Source of the DNA: a virus
Lineage: Duplodnaviria > Heunggongvirae > Uroviricota > Caudoviricetes > Crassvirales
Length of the DNA stretch: 40,812 nt
Virus record (IMG/VR): IMGVR_UViG_3300044716_000090
Location: 1 to 40,812 of that record
Direction: 5' to 3' (one strand)
The notes beneath the pieces are model-generated. The model saw only the letters and a list, made by a program, of their open reading frames with translations, did no database searches and was not told the DNA's origin. A program made the position numbers and the translations under genes. Shown piece after piece: positions 1-8,110 of this stretch. Position 1 is the stretch's first letter. Each line of letters starts with the position of its first letter.

Positions 1-2
1 TA

Positions 3-71
3 AACAACTCACAAGAAGTTATATGGCACATACATGGAAAGAATGTATCTACAGCAAGCTTCTTAAAATAA
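3..71 (+). CDS. Possible 3' end of a convergent plus-strand gene (...NNSQEVIWHIHGKNVSTASFLK*)
   Basis: Frame 3 is open from the window edge to TAA at 69-71, just before a bidirectional terminator. Only 22 codons are visible. Confidence 0.3.
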   Translation, partial: NNSQEVIWHIHGKNVSTASFLK

Positions 72-96
72 GAACTCCCTTTTGTTTTTTGCTCAT

Positions 97-132
97 AAAA
101 AAAGCCCTCCATTTCTGGGGGGCTTTTCTTTT
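97..132. terminator. Bidirectional rho-independent terminator
   Basis: A7-GCCCTCC-ATTTCT-GGGGGGC-TTTTCTTTT: GC-rich stem with a T-tract on each strand, 11 nt downstream of the stop of the last minus-strand gene. Confidence 0.85.
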
Positions 133-143
133 AGACCTATAAA

Positions 144-695
144 TTATAATTGGACTAGCCAACTGTTATCAATAAATGTTAAATCTGGTTTACCAAATGC
201 TTCATTTACAGCTTTATAAACACCAGCAACATGACCTTCATTACTGTAATCATGTCCACATATTAAACCACCTGCTTTAATAATAGGTTTATAGTTTTCA
301 ATATCTTTCTTTACTTGATCATATGTGTGAACACCATCAATATACACCAAATCAACTTTTAGATTTTCCAACGTTTTAATAGCATCATCAGATGTCATTC
401 TAATGTGTGAAATATTTTTATACGGTGAAATGTTTTCTAAAAACTTTGTGTAAACTTCTGTAGGTATATCTGCAGAGTGACATGTTACATCATTATCATC
501 ATAGTCATTCATAAAAGGATCTATAGCAATAACTATTTTTACTTCATCAGCAAACATTGTTGTAGATTGTCCTGTATAAGAACCTATTTCTACAATAACA
601 AATTCACTTAAGTTTTGTGTAGCTTTTAAATGCTTAATAAAATCTTGAAAGCCTTTTAAAAAACCATCAGCTCTCATGTTAATTATATTTCCCAT
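144..695 (-). CDS. Class I SAM-dependent methyltransferase (Methyltransf_24-like)
   Basis: VIVEIGSYTGQST (motif I), DLVYIDGVHTYDQV and GGLICGHDY are typical of this family. Confidence 0.85.
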   Translation of the reverse strand: MGNIINMRADGFLKGFQDFIKHLKATQNLSEFVIVEIGSYTGQSTTMFADEVKIVIAIDPFMNDYDDNDVTCHSADIPTEVYTKFLENISPYKNISHIRMTSDDAIKTLENLKVDLVYIDGVHTYDQVKKDIENYKPIIKAGGLICGHDYSNEGHVAGVYKAVNEAFGKPDLTFIDNSWLVQL

Positions 696-865
696 TATTT
701 GGATAATTTTTTACCAGTCATAGGAGCCATAGGGCTTTTACCCTTGTTCCTAGTATTGTCTGATTCCTTCATATAAGGCTTGTTAGGATGTGGGTTCTTA
801 ACTTTAGGAGCTAAACGTGGTTTCCCAGACTTTTTAGCTTTTCCAGATGTCATTCCTTTTGCCAT
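695..865 (-). CDS. 56-aa Lys-rich protein (MAKGMTSGKAKKSGKPRLAPKV...GKKLSK), absent from the ORF track
   Basis: Translated by hand. It fills the gap exactly and its TAA overlaps the methyltransferase ATG (TAATG at 693-697). Confidence 0.75.
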   Translation of the reverse strand: MAKGMTSGKAKKSGKPRLAPKVKNPHPNKPYMKESDNTRNKGKSPMAPMTGKKLSK

Positions 866-876
866 AGTTATTTATT

Positions 877-1491
877 TTAGCAACCGTATTTACATTTGCC
901 CATAGACTTGCCATAATTAGCTTTAGTTAAACCTACAGCTTTTGTAGCTTTACCCTTGGTGTTCTTACCAATTACATTCTTATAAGAACCTAATTGTGAA
1001 GATACAGTACCACCAGATTTTTTCTTTTCAATCTTCTTCTTTAATTTATCTAAAGAAGGTACTTTATCAAAACTCTTTTTGTCAAGATTTGCACCCATAG
1101 GTCGAGCAGAGCTACCTTTACGAGCTTGCTTATCTAAAGCATTAACCATTTTATCAGCACGTGCATCTCTATCAGCTTTCTTAATCATCTTACCTGGTTT
1201 CATTTCACTAGGAACCATCTTACCAGCTTGAGCTTTCTTAACCTTTAAACCAGACTTACCTTTAGGAGCGTTAGCTGCTGCTGCTTTAGCTGCTTCTTTA
1301 GCTTCTTCACGTTCCATTTTAGCTTTAGCTTTGTCTATTCTACGATCATTACGAGCATATTGTCTAGCAGCTCTATTATTATCACCACCAGAACGACCTT
1401 CTCCAGCAGCTTGTTTAAAAATTCTTAGTCTTGCACCAGATCCAGTGGTAGAAAGACAACCACCTCTTTGGGCTTTTTTAATCTTTGCCAT
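877..1491 (-). CDS. 204-aa highly basic protein with two KKAQxG motifs; putative DNA-binding/core protein
   Basis: K/R/A-rich. Contains KKAQRG and KKAQAG; paralogous motifs occur in neighbouring genes. Confidence 0.75.
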   Translation of the reverse strand: MAKIKKAQRGGCLSTTGSGARLRIFKQAAGEGRSGGDNNRAARQYARNDRRIDKAKAKMEREEAKEAAKAAAANAPKGKSGLKVKKAQAGKMVPSEMKPGKMIKKADRDARADKMVNALDKQARKGSSARPMGANLDKKSFDKVPSLDKLKKKIEKKKSGGTVSSQLGSYKNVIGKNTKGKATKAVGLTKANYGKSMGKCKYGC

Positions 1492-1512
1492 TTTTATAAG
1501 TTTAAATTGTTA

Positions 1513-1932
1513 TTATTTCTTTTTAGATATTTTACCACCTTTACGCATGCTAGGAGTACGTTTTGCTTCTTTTGCAGCAGCTTTCACTTCACGCTTTTCT
1601 TCACGTGCAGCTTGTCTACTTTGTTTTTTATAATCACGTTCGCTTTGACGAGCATCTTTAGCAGCAGCTCTGCTAATACCACATCTACCACCTTCGCTAG
1701 ATCCCCACTGAGCTTTCTTAAGCTTACCAGATTTCAAAGCACCGATAGTTTTATCTACCACCTTTCTACTAACTGTACGAGGTTTTTTCATTAAATCAGA
1801 TGTAGCTGTAAATTCTTTTTTACCACTAGCATAACCAGCAGTATCAATAGCTACTCTTTGTTTTGGGGTATAGCGACCTTTGGTGCTATATGTAAGGGAA
1901 TCTCCCTTTTGTGCTTTTTTTACCTTTGCCAT
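1513..1932 (-). CDS. 139-aa highly basic protein with two KKAQxG motifs
   Basis: Contains KKAQKG and KKAQWG, ends RKGGKISKKK. Confidence 0.75.
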   Translation of the reverse strand: MAKVKKAQKGDSLTYSTKGRYTPKQRVAIDTAGYASGKKEFTATSDLMKKPRTVSRKVVDKTIGALKSGKLKKAQWGSSEGGRCGISRAAAKDARQSERDYKKQSRQAAREEKREVKAAAKEAKRTPSMRKGGKISKKK

Positions 1933-1933
1933 G

Positions 1934-2347
1934 TTAGCATTTCCATTTACGAAGTGATTTATTAATCCTACTATTAGGATCGTTTGCTGTTTTTGAACTT
2001 GTGAGTTTCTTTTTCATACCTGACATCCTAGCACAGAATGATTTCTTTCTAGAACCACCTTCAGGTTGAGGAGCTTTTAAACCAGGCTTACCTGGATTAG
2101 CTCTGTTATATGAGGCTCTTCCTTTAGCGTTTAAACCACCTTCAGGATTCTTACCTTCTTTTCTTTGCCAAGCTGGGCTCACCTTCCCACCACTCTTTAA
2201 TGTGGATCCTTTAAACTCTCCCTTCTTTTTAACAAGAGGACCATTAGGAACAGGAGTGATTTTACCACCAGCTCTAAGAACTCCTTTACCTACATAAGCT
2301 TCTGCTTTCTGTGGGTTATAAACTTTTGTTTTAGGGACTCTAGCCAT
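1934..2347 (-). CDS. 137-aa basic protein; C-terminal half resembles a conserved aquatic-phage family (recalled as DUF6321-like)
   Basis: SPAWQRKEGKNPEGGLNAKGRAS...SFCARMSG...SRINKSLRKWKC. Family name is from memory and needs an HMM check. Confidence 0.7.
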   Translation of the reverse strand: MARVPKTKVYNPQKAEAYVGKGVLRAGGKITPVPNGPLVKKKGEFKGSTLKSGGKVSPAWQRKEGKNPEGGLNAKGRASYNRANPGKPGLKAPQPEGGSRKKSFCARMSGMKKKLTSSKTANDPNSRINKSLRKWKC

Positions 2348-2348
2348 A

Positions 2349-2510
2349 TTATTTAGCTTTACGCTTTGCAGCTATTTTCTTAAATGTCTTAGCAAGAGCT
2401 TTAGCCTTACCTGTACAACCAGGTTTGGTGATAGGAGTGCATTTGCCTTCTGTACCTCTAGCCTTAATAGACTTAGACACCTTCTGCATCCACTTTTTAT
2501 CTGTAGCCAT
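2349..2510 (-). CDS. 53-aa basic protein (MATDKKWMQKVSKSIKARGTEGKCTPITKPGCTGKAKALAKTFKKIAAKRKAK), absent from the ORF track
   Basis: Translated by hand. Its ATG overlaps the upstream TAA (TAATG) and it stops 1 nt before the next gene. Confidence 0.75.
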   Translation of the reverse strand: MATDKKWMQKVSKSIKARGTEGKCTPITKPGCTGKAKALAKTFKKIAAKRKAK

Positions 2511-3028
2511 TATTTTTTCTTTTTCATTTTACCACCAGATTTCATCTTTGTAGCACCTAACTGTTTGTCCTTCTTAAGGCTTACAGGGGTTTTCTTGCCA
2601 GCAAGAGTTTGTTCTTGAACCTTAGTCCAAGCACCTTTAGGATCGATTGGTCCTACACGCTTATTAGAAGCTTTTAATCCAGCTTGAGCTTTCTTAATTT
2701 TAGCACCCTTCTTAGCAATAACACCACGTCCTTTAAGAATGTCAGCTTGTGTAATCTTACCATCCTTGTTTAAATCAGGGAATGATTTACCGTTTTTAGC
2801 TTTAGAGGCTGCTCTAGCTTCTTCCATTGATTTTCTAACTCTAGATCCAGCATCAGGCTCAAGAGAATCATAAAGCTCACTACCACGTTTTTTACGTGTG
2901 GCTCTTAGTTTCATACGTTCTGCTACCTCTTTAGCTCTTTCAGGATTCTTTTCAGATATTCTGCCAAGTCTTTTCTTTTGTCTGCCTGTAATACGATCAC
3001 CAGATTGGGCTTTTTTAACTTTTACCAT
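2510..3028 (-). CDS. 172-aa basic protein with two KKAQxG motifs and an EF-hand/dockerin-like loop
   Basis: KKAQSG, KKAQAG, DLNKDGKITQAD (DxNxDG Ca-binding loop), C-terminal KSGGKMKKKK. Confidence 0.75.
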   Translation of the reverse strand: MVKVKKAQSGDRITGRQKKRLGRISEKNPERAKEVAERMKLRATRKKRGSELYDSLEPDAGSRVRKSMEEARAASKAKNGKSFPDLNKDGKITQADILKGRGVIAKKGAKIKKAQAGLKASNKRVGPIDPKGAWTKVQEQTLAGKKTPVSLKKDKQLGATKMKSGGKMKKKK

Positions 3029-3032
3029 TTTA

Positions 3033-3113
3033 TTATATATTAGATTGTTCTAGACATTTAGGACATTGTCCTTCCTCAAGAGCTAATTCATGTATTGGGC
3101 AATGATCGTTCAT
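3033..3113 (-). CDS. 26-aa putative zinc-binding micro-protein (MNDHCPIHELALEEGQCPKCLEQSNI)
   Basis: Translated by hand. CxxH-x8-CxxC pattern; TAATG coupling to the upstream 49-aa gene; fills the gap. Confidence 0.55.
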   Translation of the reverse strand: MNDHCPIHELALEEGQCPKCLEQSNI

Positions 3114-3262
3114 TACTTCTTAGCCTTAGCCTTGATTTTCTTTTCCTGCTTTAACATAGCAGATGTAGGCTTCTTTCCAGAGCCTTTTGCAGCACGAATG
3201 TTGTCCCACAACCCACGTTGTGAGACAGAACCATCCTTGCGTTTAATCATTTCTTTTGCCAT
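3113..3262 (-). CDS. 49-aa basic protein (MAKEMIKRKDGSVSQRGLWDNIRAAKGSGKKPTSAMLKQEKKIKAKAKK)
   Basis: Translated by hand. Starts 3 nt after the upstream stop and is coupled to the downstream ORF. Confidence 0.75.
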   Translation of the reverse strand: MAKEMIKRKDGSVSQRGLWDNIRAAKGSGKKPTSAMLKQEKKIKAKAKK

Positions 3263-3265
3263 AAT

Positions 3266-3553
3266 CTATTGATTTTCAGCCTCTTTGATAACACCAGATT
3301 CTACTGATCTAGCTAGCACTTGCTCAATTGTATTGTTAGCTCTGTTAGCTAAAAGGATACGAGCAGCTTCTTCTGTAGCTAATTGTGAACGTAGTGAGTT
3401 AAGGATTACACCAAACTCAGCACCATTGATAACAAAAATATCATCTGTATTCCAGGTGTATTTCTTGTTAGGATCGTACTTTACAGGTTCTTGAACAGGT
3501 TCTTGAATGTTTACTTCTTCTTGAACTGGGGTTACATCTAATTCTTCTGACAT
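3266..3553 (-). CDS. 95-aa hypothetical protein with an acidic N-terminus
   Basis: ORF directly downstream of a consensus promoter; first gene of the basic-protein array. Confidence 0.75.
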   Translation of the reverse strand: MSEELDVTPVQEEVNIQEPVQEPVKYDPNKKYTWNTDDIFVINGAEFGVILNSLRSQLATEEAARILLANRANNTIEQVLARSVESGVIKEAENQ

Positions 3554-3578
3554 ATTATATATTTTTTGGTTTTATGGA

Positions 3579-3610
3579 CAAAGATATGTATTTCTATTAT
3601 ATCTACCAAA
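3579..3610 (-). promoter_or_regulatory. Bacteroidota housekeeping-type promoter TTTG-N20-TATCTTTG
   Basis: Plus strand shows CAAAGATA at 3579-3586 and CAAA at 3607-3610, matching the TTTG-N19-21-TAnnTTTG consensus. Confidence 0.75.
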
Positions 3611-3617
3611 TTTATTT

Positions 3618-5156
3618 TTAATACTTAAATACCCTTCGTTCCCTCCAAGCTTGATCATAATGTAAGTTACCATACTTATTACCATAAACTATACCAACGT
3701 GATTTCCAAGCTTGTTTATAAATATATTACTCTCAAACTCATCCTGTACAATCCCATTTAGATTTCTTAATATCTTACTTTCTTTATATGTACCAACACT
3801 AATGTCACGATTGTTAAAGTATTTCTTATATCCTTGTTTTATAAATGCTTCACCTAATACTTTTGGACCAACAACACCTAATGGATGATTATCGTATTTG
3901 TTATTTTTAATATTATCTACAGAAATTTGAACAGCTTTATCAACTACACTATCTCCAGCTTTAACACACATAAAAGCATTATATAAATAAGATTTGTTTG
4001 ATGGATCATCTCTTACAAACACTCTATCTACACCTTCTGTTATCTCATCGTATGGTACTAATGGAATCTGTGAGAAGTCTCCATAGCATCCACCATACTG
4101 TTTCAAGATTAAATATCTCCAAAAGTCAGCTTGATAAGCAGTAGGTATTAACTTCTGATGAAGTCTAAAATATTCTTCTCCATAATGATGATGTATAGAT
4201 AACATGCAATCCTCATCAGAAAAATAGAATAACTCATAGCCAGGGTTTTTCTTAAGCATGTCTAAGAAAACATGTTTATATATCTCAGGAAGATCTTCTA
4301 ATTTAAAGGGACCTGTTTTAAATATCCATTTAGGAATACCATCGCCTTCCCATTTTCTGTCCTTTATGTCTTTAAAAGTTTTGATAGTGTTTGGTGAGTT
4401 ATATATTTGTCCTTTTTTCCACAAAATACCATACCTTTCTTGAGTGGTATAGAGTATTTCATAGTGTTTAGGATGTTTTATTTGTACAATATTAACACCT
4501 GGAGCAGATTCAATAAACTGATTAGGAACACGATGATCGTAGATTATAGTATCTTCTCCCACCACTCCTAAAGGAATATCAGCTACATTATTTACTTCTC
4601 TATATACTGTACCAAATACATGTGGACTAGTTACAGATAAGTCAGTTTCAGTATAGATTCTATTAGTAATATTGTATATACATTTTTCTATAGTAGCCTT
4701 TAATAATGGATTATTTTTAGGACTAATTATAAATGCACTATATAGACCTTGCATGCCATTGTAATCTCCTGCTGTATCTTTAGCATACACATAAGTGTAA
4801 TGTTTAATTATATCAGAAAATGGTACAAGAGTTTGCATACTAAAGTCCATATACACACCACCATATACATCCAATATAACATATCTAAATACGTCTGCCT
4901 TGTATGCTTCTGGAATTACTGTATTGTAAGCAAGCAATAACTTGTCGTTATTCTGATCTTCAATAAACTGCAATCTATCTTCTCTAGTGAAGTAGAATAA
5001 TTCGTAATCAGGATTGTTCTCTAATTGCGTATTGTATATGTTGGCTATTTCAGGATGTAGATTTTCCACCGTTTCATTCCCTGTTCTGAATATCCATTTA
5101 GGGGTTTCTGGTTGATCCCAAGTTCTTCCTTTTAAATCTTTGTAAGTTTGTATCAT
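3618..5156 (-). CDS. Tandem two-domain glycosyltransferase (GT32/OCH1-like, Gly_transf_sug)
   Basis: Two homologous halves: PKWIFRTG...YKADVFRYVILDVYGGVYMDF and PKWIFKTG...YQADFWRYLILKQYGGCYGDF. Confidence 0.85.
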   Translation of the reverse strand: MIQTYKDLKGRTWDQPETPKWIFRTGNETVENLHPEIANIYNTQLENNPDYELFYFTREDRLQFIEDQNNDKLLLAYNTVIPEAYKADVFRYVILDVYGGVYMDFSMQTLVPFSDIIKHYTYVYAKDTAGDYNGMQGLYSAFIISPKNNPLLKATIEKCIYNITNRIYTETDLSVTSPHVFGTVYREVNNVADIPLGVVGEDTIIYDHRVPNQFIESAPGVNIVQIKHPKHYEILYTTQERYGILWKKGQIYNSPNTIKTFKDIKDRKWEGDGIPKWIFKTGPFKLEDLPEIYKHVFLDMLKKNPGYELFYFSDEDCMLSIHHHYGEEYFRLHQKLIPTAYQADFWRYLILKQYGGCYGDFSQIPLVPYDEITEGVDRVFVRDDPSNKSYLYNAFMCVKAGDSVVDKAVQISVDNIKNNKYDNHPLGVVGPKVLGEAFIKQGYKKYFNNRDISVGTYKESKILRNLNGIVQDEFESNIFINKLGNHVGIVYGNKYGNLHYDQAWRERRVFKY

Positions 5157-5163
5157 TGTTGGT

Positions 5164-5445
5164 TTATAATGTTATATCAAAGACAATAGTTGCGGAACTC
5201 TTTATACTTTTAGACAGATCTAGATGGATCTGTAAGAGGTTATGAAACTTCAAAATCTCTTCTAGCAACATGTCATTATACATAGGTATAGACGGTGCTA
5301 GTCTAAAGTGATAGGAATTAGGATTCCTAGTAATTTCCAATGTGGCTAACTCATCCACAGAATCTATAATTCCCTGGAGGTGAGCAAAATAAGCAAGTTC
5401 GTTATCTTGCATCACCTCTGGGAAAAATTTCTTGTTAATTTGCAT
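5164..5445 (-). CDS. 93-aa hypothetical protein
   Basis: In-operon ORF coupled to the upstream gene at 5445; no recognisable motif. Confidence 0.7.
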   Translation of the reverse strand: MQINKKFFPEVMQDNELAYFAHLQGIIDSVDELATLEITRNPNSYHFRLAPSIPMYNDMLLEEILKFHNLLQIHLDLSKSIKSSATIVFDITL

Positions 5446-5849
5446 TAAGACAAGGTTAATAAGTATTTAGTTTTTGCTGCTTCTCCAGATAATGCATCTG
5501 CTAGATTTGCTATATCGTGATAGCTGTTTGCTTCAGCATAGCTTTTTAAAGAGGATGCAAAAGATAAAAGCTTTGACACACATTCATCCCCTGTACAATT
5601 TGTAAGAGGTTCTATCTTGTATGGAGCAGGACGCTTACCTGTATATCCCATAAGCTTTTCAATTACACCATCTTTGAAATCCTGTACATAATCGTACAAT
5701 GCTCCTAGAGCTTGATGCTCAGCATAACTCTTTGTCTGCCAATGGGTTAAATGTAATTGCTCATGGAAATGTGTAAGCTTACCAGCTATTGTTTCCAAGT
5801 TTAGTTCCCCTGATTTCATCATTTCGTCAGGGAATAGTGATTTTGCCAT
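5445..5849 (-). CDS. Ferritin/Dps-like four-helix protein (phage DUF5856-like)
   Basis: HLTHWQTKSYAEHQALGALYDYVQDFKDGVIE matches the Dps H-W...H...Y...D...E ferroxidase pattern. Confidence 0.7.
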   Translation of the reverse strand: MAKSLFPDEMMKSGELNLETIAGKLTHFHEQLHLTHWQTKSYAEHQALGALYDYVQDFKDGVIEKLMGYTGKRPAPYKIEPLTNCTGDECVSKLLSFASSLKSYAEANSYHDIANLADALSGEAAKTKYLLTLS

Positions 5850-5865
5850 TTTTATTATTTATTTA

Positions 5866-6291
5866 TTATCCACAACTATAAACACTCAATACACCACCTA
5901 CACCAACTAAATAGAGAGGTGCAAACATTCCACCACTATAAATTACATATCCTGCTGTAACAGGAATAGTTAATGCTGCATCACTGAATACAGATATACC
6001 TGCTTCAAGTGTAGAGGATGCTGAATAGAACACTAAGCTTCCGTAAATAGTAGTGGTACATGCATCGTCTGTATTTAACCAATAGCCTTTTACAAATGCT
6101 GTAGGGGTAACACCTCCACCTTGAGTGGTAGTAGTTGTAGTTGTTGGAATAGAATTACAACATTCGTTTGCATTAATTTCCACCCAATTACCTACAGCAG
6201 GTTTGAACCTTTGTAGAATTGGACCACCAGCTATCACTCTACCTGTGCCATCATATCTAACCCAGGCTTTTAATTTACTTTGATTTGCCAT
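5866..6291 (-). CDS. 141-aa Thr-run protein, putative virion decoration protein
   Basis: N-terminal LKAWVRYDGTGR...ECCN domain shared with 6352..7050, followed by a PTTTTTTTQGGG linker. Confidence 0.75.
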   Translation of the reverse strand: MANQSKLKAWVRYDGTGRVIAGGPILQRFKPAVGNWVEINANECCNSIPTTTTTTTQGGGVTPTAFVKGYWLNTDDACTTTIYGSLVFYSASSTLEAGISVFSDAALTIPVTAGYVIYSGGMFAPLYLVGVGGVLSVYSCG

Positions 6292-6307
6292 TTTTTTTGT
6301 ATTTTTA

Positions 6308-6332
6308 AGAGCACACCATAACGATGTGCTCT
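6308..6332 (-). other. Intergenic RNA hairpin with no U-tract on the coding strand
   Basis: AGAGCACA/TGTGCTCT 8-bp inverted repeat, extended by G-U pairs on the minus strand (AGAGCACAUCG UUA UGGUGUGCUCU). Confidence 0.55.
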
Positions 6333-6351
6333 ATTTTATTTAATTATATTA

Positions 6352-7050
6352 TTATCCGCAAACAACACATTCACCAGGAGCACCTCCTGCACCTTGTGCT
6401 GTTGTAGGACTTGTTTTAACGAAGAGTTTAGATATTCCATTATATACTATATAAAACTCTTCAGGAGCACTTGAGAAATCTCCAGATATTGCAAGAGGAG
6501 CATCACATAAAGATTCTCCAGTTGTAAACTGCACTTGAATTGCTGTTCCTGAACCACAACTTGAATTACTAAGTACTGCAAATATACCAGCTTGAGTTGT
6601 TGTAGTTGTTGTTGTAAGTGATGAACAAGGTTGTGGATTTTCAATTGGACCATTCACACTAGTTATTTCCCATACAACACCATTAATAGCTACAAAAGTA
6701 CCACTAAAATAATTATATGGTTCTGTTAATGCAGCATCTGTATATAGTTGTACACCTGTAGTTAATGTAGAAACTGATGTATACAAAATTGTAGTTAATC
6801 CATTGATCTGTTGACAAGACCAAGTTGCATTAAATGATGTATACGCTACCCATGCTGTTGGTGTGGTTCCACCACCTCCTTGTGTTGTAGTGGTACTTGT
6901 TGTAGGAATGTAATTGCAACATTCATATGCTTGAATTTCATGCCACTTACCCACCTTAGGTTTGTTTTTTCTAAGGATTAGGCTACCAGCAACGATTCTT
7001 CCGCTTCCATCGAAGCGAACAAAGGCTCTTAAGTCTCTCTTATTACTCAT
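6352..7050 (-). CDS. 232-aa Thr-run protein, paralogue of 5866..6291
   Basis: LRAFVRFDGSGR...ECCN, then PTTSTTTTQGGGG and a second LTTTTTTTQAG linker. Confidence 0.75.
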   Translation of the reverse strand: MSNKRDLRAFVRFDGSGRIVAGSLILRKNKPKVGKWHEIQAYECCNYIPTTSTTTTQGGGGTTPTAWVAYTSFNATWSCQQINGLTTILYTSVSTLTTGVQLYTDAALTEPYNYFSGTFVAINGVVWEITSVNGPIENPQPCSSLTTTTTTTQAGIFAVLSNSSCGSGTAIQVQFTTGESLCDAPLAISGDFSSAPEEFYIVYNGISKLFVKTSPTTAQGAGGAPGECVVCG

Positions 7051-7066
7051 AATAATCGTTTTTTTG

Positions 7067-8083
7067 TTAATATAATAAATTGTATTTTTCTTTTAGTTCT
7101 ACCAGTTTAGATGCATAATAGTGAGTGCAAAACTTATTACTAATCTCACTATTCATAACCTCTTGTAAATGAGGATCATCTAGAGGATCTTGCCCTGTGT
7201 GATACTTTCCCTTATAGAAAGCAGGATACCCATTGGCTTTATCACCAACAATTCCTGCATTATGTAGGAGTCCCATTCTCTCTAGTTTTTGAATTGGATC
7301 AGAAGACCAAGCAAAATCCATTTCAGGAATAATCTTCGCTTCTTGTTTCCTATACCAAATAGCCCAGAGAACAGCCCACATATCAGCACACCAACTTTGA
7401 AAGCCTTTATCTTCATTCTCAAAGAATTCTCTGTTTATGTTTAGTAAATGTGTTCTAATTACCAAACAATCTTGCAACACCTTATCCCAGAAATCACTAT
7501 CGATGTTCTTTAATAAGTATTGTGCTCCTCCTGAATGTAAATTATTAGCCTCAGCTATCTCTCTAGTTATGCCTGTAAGCTCTGCTGTTTCAGCTAGAAT
7601 GTCTCTAGTCTTGTACAACTCAAGCTTCTCAGGCTTTACATCTCTCACCTTACTATCAAAATATGAAGCGTTGATATAACTGTTTGTATCAGATAGATAG
7701 TTTATATCATCATCCAGATAAGCGTCTACATTGAATTTATCTGTAAACACTACGTCTGAATCACAATACATAACAGCTTTATCCTTCATCCCTGGATTCT
7801 CTGCAAAATATCTTTTCAGACAATAAGGACGTAACACAGGAATATAAACTCCTAACATGTTACTAATCTTGTGCTCATCTTTGTAGAATACAAATTCAGC
7901 TTCTGGATAGAGATCTATCACTTGCTGCCATTTGGTATTCTTTTCCCTATAACTAGGAATGAATATAAGCACAATTGCCTTGTCTGAATGTCCAATTTTC
8001 TTTAAGCTCTCTATCCATAAATGTACCTGCCATGTGTAATAGGTATCATCTGGTTGAGCACAGATAAATCTGAGATCCTTCAT
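7067..8083 (-). CDS. GT-A fold glycosyltransferase resembling protein O-glycosyltransferases (HPAT/SERGT, GT95/GT96-like)
   Basis: DxD motif YCDSDVVF, N-terminal YYTWQ and C-terminal WCADMWAVL. These recall the YFDWQ and WISEMY motifs of the plant/algal enzymes. Family call is by eye. Confidence 0.65.
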   Translation of the reverse strand: MKDLRFICAQPDDTYYTWQVHLWIESLKKIGHSDKAIVLIFIPSYREKNTKWQQVIDLYPEAEFVFYKDEHKISNMLGVYIPVLRPYCLKRYFAENPGMKDKAVMYCDSDVVFTDKFNVDAYLDDDINYLSDTNSYINASYFDSKVRDVKPEKLELYKTRDILAETAELTGITREIAEANNLHSGGAQYLLKNIDSDFWDKVLQDCLVIRTHLLNINREFFENEDKGFQSWCADMWAVLWAIWYRKQEAKIIPEMDFAWSSDPIQKLERMGLLHNAGIVGDKANGYPAFYKGKYHTGQDPLDDPHLQEVMNSEISNKFCTHYYASKLVELKEKYNLLY

Positions 8084-8110
8084 ATATGTAGTTTGTTGGT
8101 TTTGTTTTCT

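Noticed and set aside
695-3262. Ribosomal protein or histone calls for the basic proteins
   Set aside because: Only composition is similar; no histone-fold or ribosomal signature is recognisable.
5164-5849. Similar N-termini of adjacent genes (KKFFPEVMQDNEL vs KSLFPDEMMKSGEL)
   Set aside because: Too short to separate from chance; the rest of the two proteins is unrelated.
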